A DNA stretch of 58,385 bases from Bigelowiella natans CCMP2755 (lineage: Eukaryota; Protista; Cercozoa), in NCBI GenBank assembly GCA_000320545.1, contig ADNK01003093.1, positions 1 to 58,385 on the forward strand. The letters are read 5' to 3'. A program made the position numbers and the translations under genes. Under the pieces are notes generated by a model. The model worked only from the letters and a program-made list of their open reading frames with translations. It ran no database searches and had not been told where the DNA came from. How positions within the stretch are numbered: position 1 is the stretch's first letter; every line of letters begins with the position of its first letter. Positions 11,420-24,068 of the stretch are shown in pieces.

Positions 11420-13110
11420 AAATTGTTCAACGGACTATTTTTGGTGTGCATTGCCATCCATGGCGGAGGTGCCGTGAGCTACCATCCTAGCATGTGCCAT
11501 TCTAGCATTGCCAAAGTGAACGTGAAGTGAACCGGACTAGCACTGAGCTAGTAGCATGCAGTAGCGATGGGTGAGCTACGTGCACATGTGTCATGTTGCA
11601 TGTTGTGCGCATGTCCACCGTGATCGAAGCTGGCATGCAAGTACCAGCAGAGTAGCTGGAGCACCAGAGAAGGTGAATGATTGCGCAAATTCACGGTGCT
11701 GCCTAGCCATAGCTGCCATGCGGGCGATGCGCTCGCATACATGCAACCATAGGCGGAGCTAGGCGGAGAGTGAAACACCAGCAAATTGCTCCATTGCAGC
11801 TTTCTGACACATGTGGACAATGATTGTTGACATTTGTACATTCGGTGCTGGGTTGCACAGTTGCGCGCTGCTGCTAGCACAGCAGGCACCACTAGCAAGC
11901 TTCTAGCTGGAGGCTGGCCACGCATGGTCTGGTGGTCAAAGCGCGAATTTGACGAGAACAACACAGCTTGCCCAAACGTGCAGCATCGACAAAAAAAGTG
12001 AGCCATCTCAAAAGCACAAGATGATGTTTTTCGACAATTTTTTGCTCAACATGCAGCTGTGACTTACGCACTTCAATTTGGCTCAATTGAGTTTGATCAT
12101 TTGCAAAAATTCTCGGTGTGCGGCACGTGGGATCGAAGCCACAAAATGTCGACATTTTGCTGCTCGTGACGAACGCACCAAATGGTCACGTGGAGCAAAA
12201 TGTCGACATTTTGTCACTCCTCATGTGGACTCGTTTGACCAGTGCTTTCAGCAATTTTCATCGTTTTTTGCTGTGGCGTGCACGCGCAATTCTGAGCATT
12301 CGTGCCAATGGGAGAGTTGTTTTTGCTTTTTCTTAAAAAAGTGAAACTCTGATTTCCCAATTCTGCCCATTTTTCAAACACAAAAACTGAGGTGTCTCCT
12401 CGAGATTTTGGATTTGCTAGTTTGGGCCCAACCACTTGTGCTGCATGTCAGATGGCTCTTGATCAACAGCTCAGAGGAACAGTTTCCTGCAACTCCTGCT
12501 GTGCCTGGAGCTGGTTGGAACCAAAGTGCATGAGGTTTTTCTCCTTGCACGGCACGCAGATGGCTCAATTTTGGGCAATGAAAGTGGAATTTCTCGAAAA
12601 CTAGAACGAGATTGGACACAAAACTTGCATCACATCGATTCCGTGCACATGCGCGTTGCTAGGTTGCTCCTGGCCACGTGTGCGCACATGTCATGGCCCC
12701 GCTCGTCACATAGTCCAATGTTGCACGGTTTGGGCAAGATGTGAACACCGCACCACGTGCCACGTTCACTTGATCGACTAGTTGAGCACATGATCATGCT
12801 GATCGCTGATGTGCGCACTGTTCATCACTAGATTAGAACATCAGTGCAACTAACTAGCAAGCAATGTGCACTGTGTCGTACATTGTATGGACATTTATGA
12901 CATATCCCTTTAACATGCACATTTTAAGCCGGTGCAAACGACGCTACTTGCTTATTCGAATTGCTGTGACAGAAGATTTGTGCACGCGATTCGATCTACA
13001 TTTTTTGGGCGAATGAATTTCACGCGCATTTTTTTCATCAGCAATCGCGTGCGCGCGGTTGTGGATACAAAAACGTTGCTACATGTCTGCGTCATCGTCA
13101 TGCAGAAAAT
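11420..13110. other. Palindrome-rich intergenic block 2 (convergent PABP/MESD junction); possible repeat or TE remnant
   Basis: About 1.7 kb rich in gcatgc/cacgtg/gtgcac/ctag, higher GC than the introns, no microsatellites; central inverted repeat and A/T tracts. Confidence 0.7.
12141..12214. repeat. 30-bp imperfect inverted repeat (14-nt spacer) whose arms each contain the perfect 18-bp palindrome CAAAATGTCGACATTTTG
   Basis: acaaaatgtcgacattttgctgctcgtgac - gaacgcaccaaatg - gtcacgtggagcaaaatgtcgacattttgt; 28/30 complementary. Confidence 0.92.
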
Positions 13111-13157
13111 TTGTGCTAATGATACCCTTAGCTTGCTCATCTATCGTATAAATCAAT

Positions 13158-14497
13158 TCAGAGATCATCCTTGGCATCTTTTTGTTTTGCCTTCTTATTT
13201 GCTTCTTTTCTTTTGCGTTTTTCCTCTCGCTTTTGACGTTTTGTTTTGCCTTTTCTTTTTTTCCTCCCCTTTTTCTTATTGGCTCCTGGCATACCGTTAA
13301 GCGAGATACCCTGCTTCGCTAGGATATCCTGGACCCTTTTCATATCAACTCCATTAGGCCCCTTATTATCTTTACTATCACCTGGATAATACTTCTGCTG
13401 TTTGTACTCGATAACCTAGTTTCAAAGTTATGTAAAAGAAATCGTGATAATACATCACTACATTGCATCTGCATTAATATGTGAATGTTACTCCATCTCC
13501 CTGCGGTACAACAAAGACTCGAGGTTTCATTTACGACTTTATCTCTCTCAGATGGCGTACTGTACGATATTTTTCTCCTAGCAGCATAGATTTTCCTTTT
13601 ACTAATGCTAGCATTACAATTATGCCACCAGTAAAGTAATCCTTACCTTAGTTTCTTCTTGATTAAGGGCAAACTGTTTAAATTCCTCTGTATCGTACAT
13701 ACCCGTGTTCACAACGAAGAGTAACCGATTATCATCGATCGGATAGGGTCGAACCTAGGTTACGTGGTGATAATTGTTGTTGGTGGTGGCCAGTAATAAT
13801 TAAAACGTGACAAAAAACTTGCTAGCTATGTAGTCTTCCATGATTTTGTGACATTGCTTGAAGGTTTCACCATCCGCGTGCATACTGCACACACTCATGG
13901 TGGAAGAGAAACTCTTACACTTGTCCTCTCCTCTTCTTCTTCTTTTCTCTCTATACCATACGCTCTAATGTTTGTGTGTGTGTACGTTTATGTGCGTACA
14001 TGTAACGAGCTTATGAACACAAGAATGTATATTTTAATTAGCTTGTTTATCAAATAATTTTTGAAAGGAAAAAGGGTGAATTGACCTGAAGGCCATTCGT
14101 AAAAAGGAGAGTGGTCCACTTCTCGGCCACCTCTTCAACCTTTTCCTTTGTATCATACTCTGCTTTTAGCTCCGCAAACAACATTTCTGGTTTCGGCATC
14201 AGTTCTTGTCCAGTGGGATGTAACTTCCCGTCCTCTCCTTCATAATACGACGCGTAATTTTTTAAAAAAATATGAGCCCATGGATAATGACCAGAGTGAA
14301 ACGTGAAGTTATTTTTCTTCCAAACCTCTTTCCATTTTAAATGCCGCGTTATCATCGGGTTCTTCGTTCTCCATCATATCAGCCTCAAGAATATCTAAGT
14401 CTATCTTCTTACCAAATCGAGACTCAAAGGCAAGAGCTTTTGGAGCGAGTTGTACGAATAGGATGCATGCGAATGAGAACACGGGGAGAAATCGCAT
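13158..14497 (-). CDS. MESD-like ER chaperone (LDLR/LRP chaperone family), 4 exons, signal peptide and KDDL retention signal
   Basis: MRFLPVFSFACILFVQLAPKALA signal peptide; PKPEMLFAEL...VEEVAEKWTTLLFTNGLQ|VRPYPIDDNRLLFVV...EEFKQFALNQEE|...VIEYKQQKLYPG resembles the MESD core; ends ...DAKDDL*. Confidence 0.75.
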
Positions 14498-15473
14498 TCT
14501 TTGTAATTAAAGAGCAGAACTGCACAACTTTATGTTAATTTTGAAGTTTTCGTCCACTGGCTAATGCAATTTTGTGCGTAGTCCCTGCCTTTCCTCTTCT
14601 GCTACAGATAGATTCTTGTGCCTCCTCCTCGTCGTTTATCGTTCTTCCACTGCAGGCTGCTTCCTGACGATGGGGGATCTCCCAGTAATATTAAATTAAC
14701 ATGAGATAAATAATGATCATAATACGACAACAAACGGCCTACCATTCTATTCTGCGACTGAATAAAAACCAAGTCGATATCTTGTTGCCAACGTCAGCAT
14801 TCCGGCAAGCTTGTAGATCTATAGAGGAGCAAAATTGATAGACAAATCCTGCACAGTCTGTGCAGCATGCTTGGTTGAAGCGACAACACAAAGAACAATG
14901 TTGGCTGATAAATGAACCTGCATTATTATCATCATGTAAACCACTGATCGATCCCACTCATCATCTACGATCGTACTCTTCACTGTTCATCATCTTGAGG
15001 ATCCTTTTTCTGCCTACGACAAGGAGTACTACTGCAAACTACTACCACTTTCCGTAGTTTTACGGCACGCTTACATTGATTGATGATGTTCAAGAACTTG
15101 TCGCACAATGAGTGAAGTCTACGTCAAAAAAAGAAGCAGCAAATTTCAAAAGAAAATAAAAATGTCATCCCAGTTTCCTAAGAGGAGAACGTAAGAATCA
15201 TGCTAAGAGGTACTATTATTGATCTAGAACAAAATATTTGGATATTTATTCGATATATGTATTACATGCACATACATGCACATACAGATCAGACTCCGCC
15301 TTCCTCCCACATAAAACCAAAACCACCACCATCATCTACTCTTCCAACCTGCCGCTCTCTCCTCAATAACTGCTTCTTTTGCCATCGCACGCTTCGTCAG
15401 GAAGAGGAGAGAGAGGGAGGATCCTCTGGTCCAGAACCAAGAAGAACCTAATACCTCTCGACGCAAAGTCAAC

Positions 15474-15540
15474 ATGGGAAGTTGTAGCAGCAAGGATAAG
15501 GAGGAGGATCATGACATGGTATAGCATTCACTGATCCATC

Positions 15541-15580
<40 letters not shown>

Positions 15581-16004
15581 TGCAGGTGCAAAGTAGCCAC
15601 ATCTAGTTGAATATCATAGTGTCGAAGGATGATGCTGATGATGATTTAATGTTGTTGTACGTAATTTACCACATTGCTTGGGTTTACTAGGGTGCTAATA
15701 ATGGCGATGGAGACTCTGACAGTGACCACATACTTGGGATGGGAGATGAAGGGGGAGGGGAGGAGGAAGAGAAGCTAGATCCAAAGGATTTCATGGCCAA
15801 AAAGCTCAGAGGAAAGCAGGTTACCAGAGGACCTGGGTATTACCACTAAATTCATCGAATAAATGCGAAATAAGAAAGGATATAATAGACTGATCCGGAA
15901 ATGTGTGATTATTTATAGTGATTAATGTATTTTGTGATGACACACACATATGTTGTGAGTAATATGACACGCATATGAATGTGAATGACCACACACACAC
16001 ACAT

Positions 16005-16054
<50 letters not shown>

Positions 16055-16083
16055 TGGTTGAGTAAATATGTTGAGTAATGTTG

Positions 16084-16133
<50 letters not shown>

Positions 16134-19100
16134 TTCAGGACAATAAAGGGACAATCCTTCACTATAGACAATTGCAAAGTTCAGACCAATACAATTATAA
16201 AATGAACTACGTTATTTAGTCTCCGCAATCCCATCATCGTCGTCCTCATCCTCATCATAATAATCACCATCATCATCATCATCATTGTGACTTTATTGTA
16301 GCCATCTATCCATCGAACAACCTTTCTACTTATTTAACAGCTACTGTGTCATCATCATTCTGATCATTATAATAATCAGGCATGCACGATCTTTCTCTGT
16401 GACAACACTGCGGCAGTGACGATTGACGATTGTCGGGATTGTGTTTTCTTCATCGCTCCTTGTGAGGTAGTAGTAGTAGCGACGATATGATTCTATTTCG
16501 TGCATGTAATAACTTTATTATGTGTTCTACATCCTTCTCTGTTTCCTTCCCTCAAATGGTGTGTTTCTGCCAATAAATCTCTCTCACAAATGAGTACTAC
16601 TGATAGTTTTGTTCGAGAGCTGACAGAATTTGCTAATTAGTAGTTACATTGTTGAATTTAATCGTAAGTTGGGTAATTGTGTGTGTTCTGATGATAGCGT
16701 CTTTTGTTTGTCTTCTTCATATATGCTCATACTACTACGACTCTATTTGACCTTGTAGAGTAGTGTGTTTATTCGAAACTGCAAAGATTGTAAAATGGTT
16801 GTAGCTTGCAGGCAGTTCCGGTAGATGAAGAAGAAGAAGAAGAAGAAGAACATTACATGACACCTTCCTCCTTCTCCTACTGCAAAACAAATGAATAGAT
16901 TCCTGCTTGTTGCCTTCTTTTCAATCAAACATCATCGCTTTATTTTTACTTTCCTCTCCTCACCCTCTGATATCATTATAATCCGACGTGTTGCTTTTCT
17001 TCCTAAGGACACGTGAATGTGAAGGTGTGGATGTGATGCTATATTGTGCTGCTGGTCAGCCTATTATTGAGATGAGGTAGTAGTAGTAGTAGTAGTATGA
17101 TCACGAATAGTAGAGGATTGACATTAACACACACCAAATACAGCGCACAGAGATGTTGATCACGTGATCAAAAGGATGATCTTTTACATCATAGTATAAT
17201 CATAATGTGTGCTTGCTTGCACATAGAAGAGTATTGGAGAGTGCCGTGTGCCGTAGTAGCTTTACCGACATGATTCGAATGATGATGATGATGATGATGA
17301 TGATGATCATGATCATGATCATGTCCCGTCTCTGCTATTTTTAGCTCTAAAATTCGATTTACCGGGTTCAATTACTCCTATTTTAAGCTTGGAGGTATGT
17401 GAGCATTACAACTATCATCTCATCATAATAGATGATACACCTCTATATAATACCTTTTTTCTCCAAATCATCATATCATCAATATAACGTTGCATGGTTT
17501 GGTGACGGTACTACTACGTTTCTCTGTAGCTGCTTCATCATCATCATCATCATCATCATCATTATCATCATCACCATCTTCATTATCATTATCTCCACGT
17601 AGCTCAATTTCGAGCTGCAAGGATGAACGTTTGGGACACGGAATGGAGCAATGTGTTTGATTTTACAAAGGTGATGGTACTAGTAGCACTCATGTTCATT
17701 GGTAATAATAAGGATGATGATGATGATGATGATAAGGTTTATGATAAAGCATTATAACTTCTTTTAGCTAATATTTTCCTTCTTTTCCTTCTACCTTGAT
17801 CGTTATTGTTATTCCCATCATCCTGCTGCCACCATCGTTATCATCACCCTAACTACCTACAAATTTATAATATTTATCGCCAACTACTACTGTTATTTCT
17901 ATACAACTACTTATTAGAGCAGCTCCATGAAGAACAACTCTACGGGTGCTTTGATTGATGGTGATAATAATGACGAAGATCAAGAACAACAACAGCAAGA
18001 TAATGGTAGTAGTAATGATAGGAAGGAGACTGATCCCTCCAAGTCTTCTTTCTCTTTCTTGACAAACAAAGAAAATAATGAGAACTGGGGGTTTTTGCCC
18101 TTTGGGGACTACAGCTAAGCAGCTACTGGGAAACATAGATGTCTGTGACCTAATAGAGGATATTAAAGAGGCAGAGATGGGCTTGGAATGCCCAGTCCCT
18201 CCATCATGGGGAAACAGAAGGCTACATCCACAAATCATGATGATGACAACACAACAAAAAGATCAACAAGAACAAGGAAGAAAAAAAACAAGTTTACAGC
18301 AGCGGCAGCAGCATTCGTCGTCGTCATCATCATCATCAGGAGGAGGAGGAGCATCATCAGGATCTGAATTATGGGAAACCTGTTTCCTGCTCACGGCTTT
18401 CGAGAACGAGGTCGTAGAAGTAGTTGTTCTTCTTGTTCTTGTTGTTGTAGAGCGTAGAGCAGCAGCGGTGTGTGATGATCCCCCTCCTCCTCCTCCTCCT
18501 CCTCCTCCTCCTCCTCCCCCTCACAAAAATAGTTGTCTACGTCTCAATGATAATGCTGCTGCGAATGAGTGAATATGAATTCGTCCAAGAATTGTGATGA
18601 TGTTTATAAATCAGATGTAGTAGTTAATCCTCCTCATCATTATATTGTTGTTATACAAATGATAACCCCGTAGGAAGTACTGAGGATCGTACGAGAAATG
18701 ATTTCTGATGACGATGGTAAAACAACAAGTAAGTAATAACATCAACAACCGGCAAACGATTATAATCTACACGAGAACAGATTATAATGATCATCATCAT
18801 GATAATCATAATGGTCACCATCATTTCTGATATGCTGTCTTTGTAACTTTAGTACTGCTGAGTATGGAGGTGTGATGAATGTGCTATTGCTACTACTACT
18901 ACTTAGATATCCTCATGAGAAGATCCAGGACACGTGATCTAGGTGCTACTGACAACCCTAATCATTATCATTTTTATCATCATTATTATCATCACATCAA
19001 TCATCCTTGTGTGTTGCTTGCTGCTGCTATTTACTACTGTGTAGGCCAAAGTGAAGTTATCAACCTTGTACGTAACCTAAAGTCATCCAGGAAGCAGAAA

Positions 19101-19153
19101 AGCAAAGCAAATGATGATCTGAACAAAGCTTCGTCGTCATTGTTATCTGCTGG

Positions 19154-19185
<32 letters not shown>

Positions 19186-19312
19186 ATTGTTTGTCACCAG
19201 GCAGCTGTTTTTACATCATGGCTATGGCTATGCGTGTGAATATGTGGTGGTGGGGGGGGGGGGGGTTCGGAGTGTGCGTTGTGAGCAGGCATAGCAGCCA
19301 TTAGGAGAGAAT

Positions 19313-19353
<41 letters not shown>

Positions 19354-19410
19354 AAATGTAGTAGCAATACGAGAAAATAAATACGTCGATAATGGTACTA
19401 CGTACGCTTA

Positions 19411-19442
<32 letters not shown>

Positions 19443-19772
19443 ACGATAAATACTACTAGCTTGTGATTAATATACTTACAATAAATGAACCGAGCAGAAC
19501 CACGACCCACGATATCATGATTTAATATTACTTCTTTTTCTTCTATCATTGCCGTATTATTGAAATTAGGAGGAGTATACGTGGGAATTGAGTTGATTGG
19601 AAAATCATGTTCGTAGTACAACAACAACTACTACTACTACTACTATTACTACCACTACTACTACTACTTAAAAAGAAGAAGAAGAATAAGAAGAAGGTCA
19701 TCCACTTAACAATACAAATGATTTATGCAGCCTCCATCGTACAGATAACACATAAACACACTCGCCTGTTGT

Positions 19773-19810
<38 letters not shown>

Positions 19811-19816
19811 CTATAC

Positions 19817-19860
<44 letters not shown>

Positions 19861-20092
19861 TTTAGGTATTGAAGTTGTGACCAAAAGCTTCTGCAGCAAA
19901 GTGGTATCATCCGTGTGTCTACTACAGTGTGCAGTGTGTCATCTTACTAATTGATGATTATCACCATCTCAATTCGTCGTGTACCATCTTTCCCTGATTG
20001 CTCTTTCCTCCTAGCTGTACGTTTCTGGAAATAGCCATGATGCTACTAAAGCCGGAGTAGCTTTCTTTGATGTATAACATTCAAATATATAC

Positions 20093-20125
<33 letters not shown>

Positions 20126-20346
20126 AGGGGTGCCAAGTAATGTTGTCTGCTTATTTGGTATTGGGAAATCACAAAGATGATGGCACTACACACATACACA
20201 CACATACACACACAGCGGTTTGTTGGTTTGTTGTTTGTTTGTTTGCATACATTGTGATCAAAAAGAACCATCATATCACCATAACTACCACCGCATTGTT
20301 GTAAATAATCTTTCATCATCATGATTAGGCGTTGGCTGCTATGTGA
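15474..20346 (+). CDS. RP2: RP2 (XRP2)-like protein: N-acylation motif, TBCC/CARP domain (ARL3-GAP type) and C-terminal NDK-like remnant; apparent frameshift at ~18100
   Basis: MGSCSSK start; KLDPKDFM...RGPG|TIKGQSFTIDNCK|ACTIFLCDNTAAVTIDDCRDCVFFIAPCE|SSVFIRNCKDCKMVVACRQFR|TRECE...QPIIEMS|SKIRF...|AQFRAARMNVWDTEWSNVFDFTK...NWGFLP...PVPPSWGNR...ETCFLL...GGVYVGIELIG...LYVSGN...AFFD, colinear with RP2. Confidence 0.9.
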
Positions 20347-20505
20347 GTGGTAGAAGGAGTATCGTAGTGGCATCATATGTGAACTCAGCTCATCGATTAT
20401 CAAAACAGCATTACACATCTGCAACCTTGATACGAGACATATTCTATTCATGCAAATAGCAGACATATATCACCACACACAAATACGCTAGCATATTTAC
20501 TAGTA

Positions 20506-20572
<67 letters not shown>

Positions 20573-20579
20573 TGTGTGT

Positions 20580-21340
20580 GCGCGCGCGCATCAACACCAT
20601 GTACATGTGATCTAGGTGATCATGCGTATATGTGTTAAAAACACAATGCATAATCTCGTGACGCCGCATTATGAATGCGCTCTACTTACATTATTTCTAG
20701 GAATAACATACACGCAAATAGTATATAATTGTTGTAACAAATATTTCATTTGCATCATAGGCCCATGTGTATATCTAGATATCTAGACATGCACAAACAT
20801 GCATGTTGTTATGTCCAGAGCGAACGTGTGCATGTGCGTGCACTGCTAGACTACATAGCTAGATAGTTGTCTAGTTGTACCTACACGCCATTATCGCCAT
20901 TGTCATGTTGCGTGTTATCTCTGCACAGATGTTTATTTCTGCACAGATGTTTGCACTGCACACAGCCGTGCATCTAGATAGATGTGTCTAGATGTAGCAG
21001 CCATGCACGTACACGCGCTTGTTGGATGCCGTCTATATAGCTAGCTAGCTAGCTAGCACCGAATGATGATATGTCTGGTGGTACGTGTGCGCAGCACTAC
21101 TTGCATGTCACTAAGGCTGCTGCTATTCTCTTTATGTGATCAATCCTTGTAGCAGCCCAGTCTAGCAGTGCACACTGCATTCTATTGGCGTTTTTTGTAC
21201 GTCAGCGCGTGCGTACTTATCCTACCTACGCATGCTGCTTTTATCATCAACAACAAATCAAACTGAGTGCTAAATCTGAACATAATCACTTCAAGCGCAA
21301 TTTTAGCAACAGCTTCATGCACATACTAGCATGGACCAAA
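20580..21340. other. Palindrome-rich intergenic block 3 (convergent RP2/DHHC junction)
   Basis: tatctagatatctagacatgca, catctagatagatgtgtctagatg, tagctagctagctagctagc; local duplication tctgcacagatgttt x2. Confidence 0.65.
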
Positions 21341-21488
21341 CGGCCTTAACATTCGAAGTACCCGCCGAGAATGCTTTAATACAAATTGCTGTGTGAGTAC
21401 AAGAGCATCAGTCTGTAGTCGTCGTACTCATCCCTGTGGTAACAGCCTAGTAATGACCTTAGCTTATCAAATAACACTCATCTTTCAT

Positions 21489-21801
21489 TTACTTATCGTG
21501 TTTGCTTTCTGCCGTCTTGTCAATTTGATCAGAATCCCCAGCCCCACTGTGTATCATTTGGTTATATTGCCTATTGCCCTTTATTTGGTATTTCATCTTT
21601 AATACATCCTTGGCACTGTATTTTGGATCTACTTTGTAAACGCTGTACCACTGCTCCACTCTTTTCTTCGCATAACTATGATAAATTAATGATAATAATT
21701 TTTAACAATTATAATAATTATTTTAATAATCAGTTATAATTATAAAAGGACAAAAAAGCAGTCTAGAACGAATATTGTCATTAAATCTGTTATACACACA
21801 T

Positions 21802-21849
<48 letters not shown>

Positions 21850-21982
21850 CCATTTTCATTTTCTGCATCCAACCTATCAAGCTTTTCCTCTTTATCTTTT
21901 CTTTCAGCCTCATCTTTGAATTTTGGAACATAAAACCCATCTTCACATTGGGCAGCAGAAAGCACCGGGATCAACCTCAAGT

Positions 21983-22013
<31 letters not shown>

Positions 22014-22224
22014 TAAAAGCATACACAGCAATACGATAATAATAGAGTAGTTACGTTAAGGTTAGAAAACAATATTTAAACTACTTTCCAAGGCTCTACC
22101 ATCCCTGTATTATTAGCAATTTCTTTGATGTCCTTTCTTCTTCTTCTTCTTCTTCTTCTTCTTCTTCTTCTTTATCTCTTCACTTACTATCCCTCGAAGG
22201 CGTTGATTGAATGAATGAATGGAG

Positions 22225-22258
<34 letters not shown>

Positions 22259-22925
22259 AAAACTTACCACAAGTACCAAGAACCCATAATAGCCGTAAAG
22301 TTGCCATACCAGCCTGTTAAACAATTTATTGTAATACTTAACGACAACAAATACTGCAAATGCTATGGCTATCACAAATATTATAATGATGATGATGATA
22401 ATGAAGATGATGATGACACAATGTTCTTCCACCTCTCTTCCCCTATTCTCTTTTTACAATGATTCCATTATTTTAAGTAAATGTGATGATTTTTTTGGTA
22501 TATTTGACTTTGTTTTGCGACGTATCTGCATTTCATATCTGCAGCTACTGCTACCCCCATTCTACTACCTTTATTGTGCTTGAGATGGCAAATTTTGAAT
22601 CTGAATACATTGTTGAAAAGTAGATTCTTAATACATTGCTGAAAAGCAGATTGTATCAGCATACTGTCGTGAAACATAGTGTCCTGTTGTATTTTGACAG
22701 CATCTTCCACATCATCATCATCATCATCATCATTATCTCTGTCATCACATTAAATTCGTATTGGCAGCAGGACCAACAGTAGCGTGTTCTTATGATGTAG
22801 TATGAAAACTAACAGCGCCTTCTTCTTCTTCTTCTTCTTCTTCTTCTTCTTCACACTACTACTCACAAACAATCGTACGCTACCGGAACTCATCTTCAGG
22901 TTGGCCATACTTCTTCTCACGGCAC

Positions 22926-22962
<37 letters not shown>

Positions 22963-22963
22963 A

Positions 22964-23003
<40 letters not shown>

Positions 23004-23159
23004 TATATATTCTATTGGTAAAACTGAAGAGTAACTTAACATGAGGGAGGAGATGTATGATGATGGACAACGAACACTTGCATCAAAATAGGAGGTCCAA
23101 TTCTGTTGTGATATATGTCGGATGGAACCTCCCGATTGAAGTGAATAAAGAGGTGCTAG

Positions 23160-23193
<34 letters not shown>

Positions 23194-23634
23194 GGTAGTA
23201 ACGTACTCTATTGTGGTTATGCCCTCCAGTGTTATTTCGATATGAAACTTGAAGAATGACAGTAAGGCTGATGATAATATAATCATGATGATGATGATGA
23301 TGATGATGATAATATAATCATGATGATGCTCGGTCTATTTTCCCTACATTGCTACTACTACTACTACAACTACTACTACTACTACTACTATTTTATATAT
23401 GTTACAGTATAGATATTAGTCGATGTTGCTTGCTACCAGCAGCTATCTAAAATGACTATTTTGTTGGTTGGTAAGGTACTTACAAATCTGAAAGCACGAT
23501 GATGTGAATAGCAATATCCAAGATACTATCTGGGTTTCAATCCCTTCATTAAATTCTAGTAGTGAAGTTGAAACTCCGGCAAAGGAACCTGAATATAACG
23601 ACGATAATACATAATAATAATAATGATAATAATA

Positions 23635-23665
<31 letters not shown>

Positions 23666-24033
23666 GAAGAAGATCTAACTATAAGTAGTAGTTTCGGATG
23701 AGGAGGAAAGTTGATAAGGCACGAGATACCACCATCAGCATCAGCATCAGCAGCAGGGAATGATGAAGTCACGAGATACCACCATCAGCATCAGCATCAG
23801 CAGCAGGGAATGATGAAGTATTCTCAACCAACTATTCTTCTTGTTACTATTCATTATCGATGACAGCTCTGCAACGGTGGCGATTTATCAATGACATGTG
23901 TTTTCACAATTTATCAATGAAATGTGTCGTGACAAAATGAAGAGTAGATACTACATCCAATAATGACGAATAAAGTCAAAGCCCCGTAGAATTGAGTTAG
24001 AAGGAAGAATCTGTGTTGATGGTGATAATAAAC

Positions 24034-24068
<35 letters not shown>

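Noticed and set aside
12141-12214. CRISPR-like repeat-spacer-repeat
   Set aside because: Only two units, the arrangement is an inverted repeat, the context is eukaryotic and there are no cas genes
11420-13110. ORFs within palindrome block 2 as a transposase or retroelement gene; block ends as TIRs/LTRs
   Set aside because: No RT, integrase, transposase or Rep/helicase motifs; no terminal repeats or target-site duplication could be seen by eye
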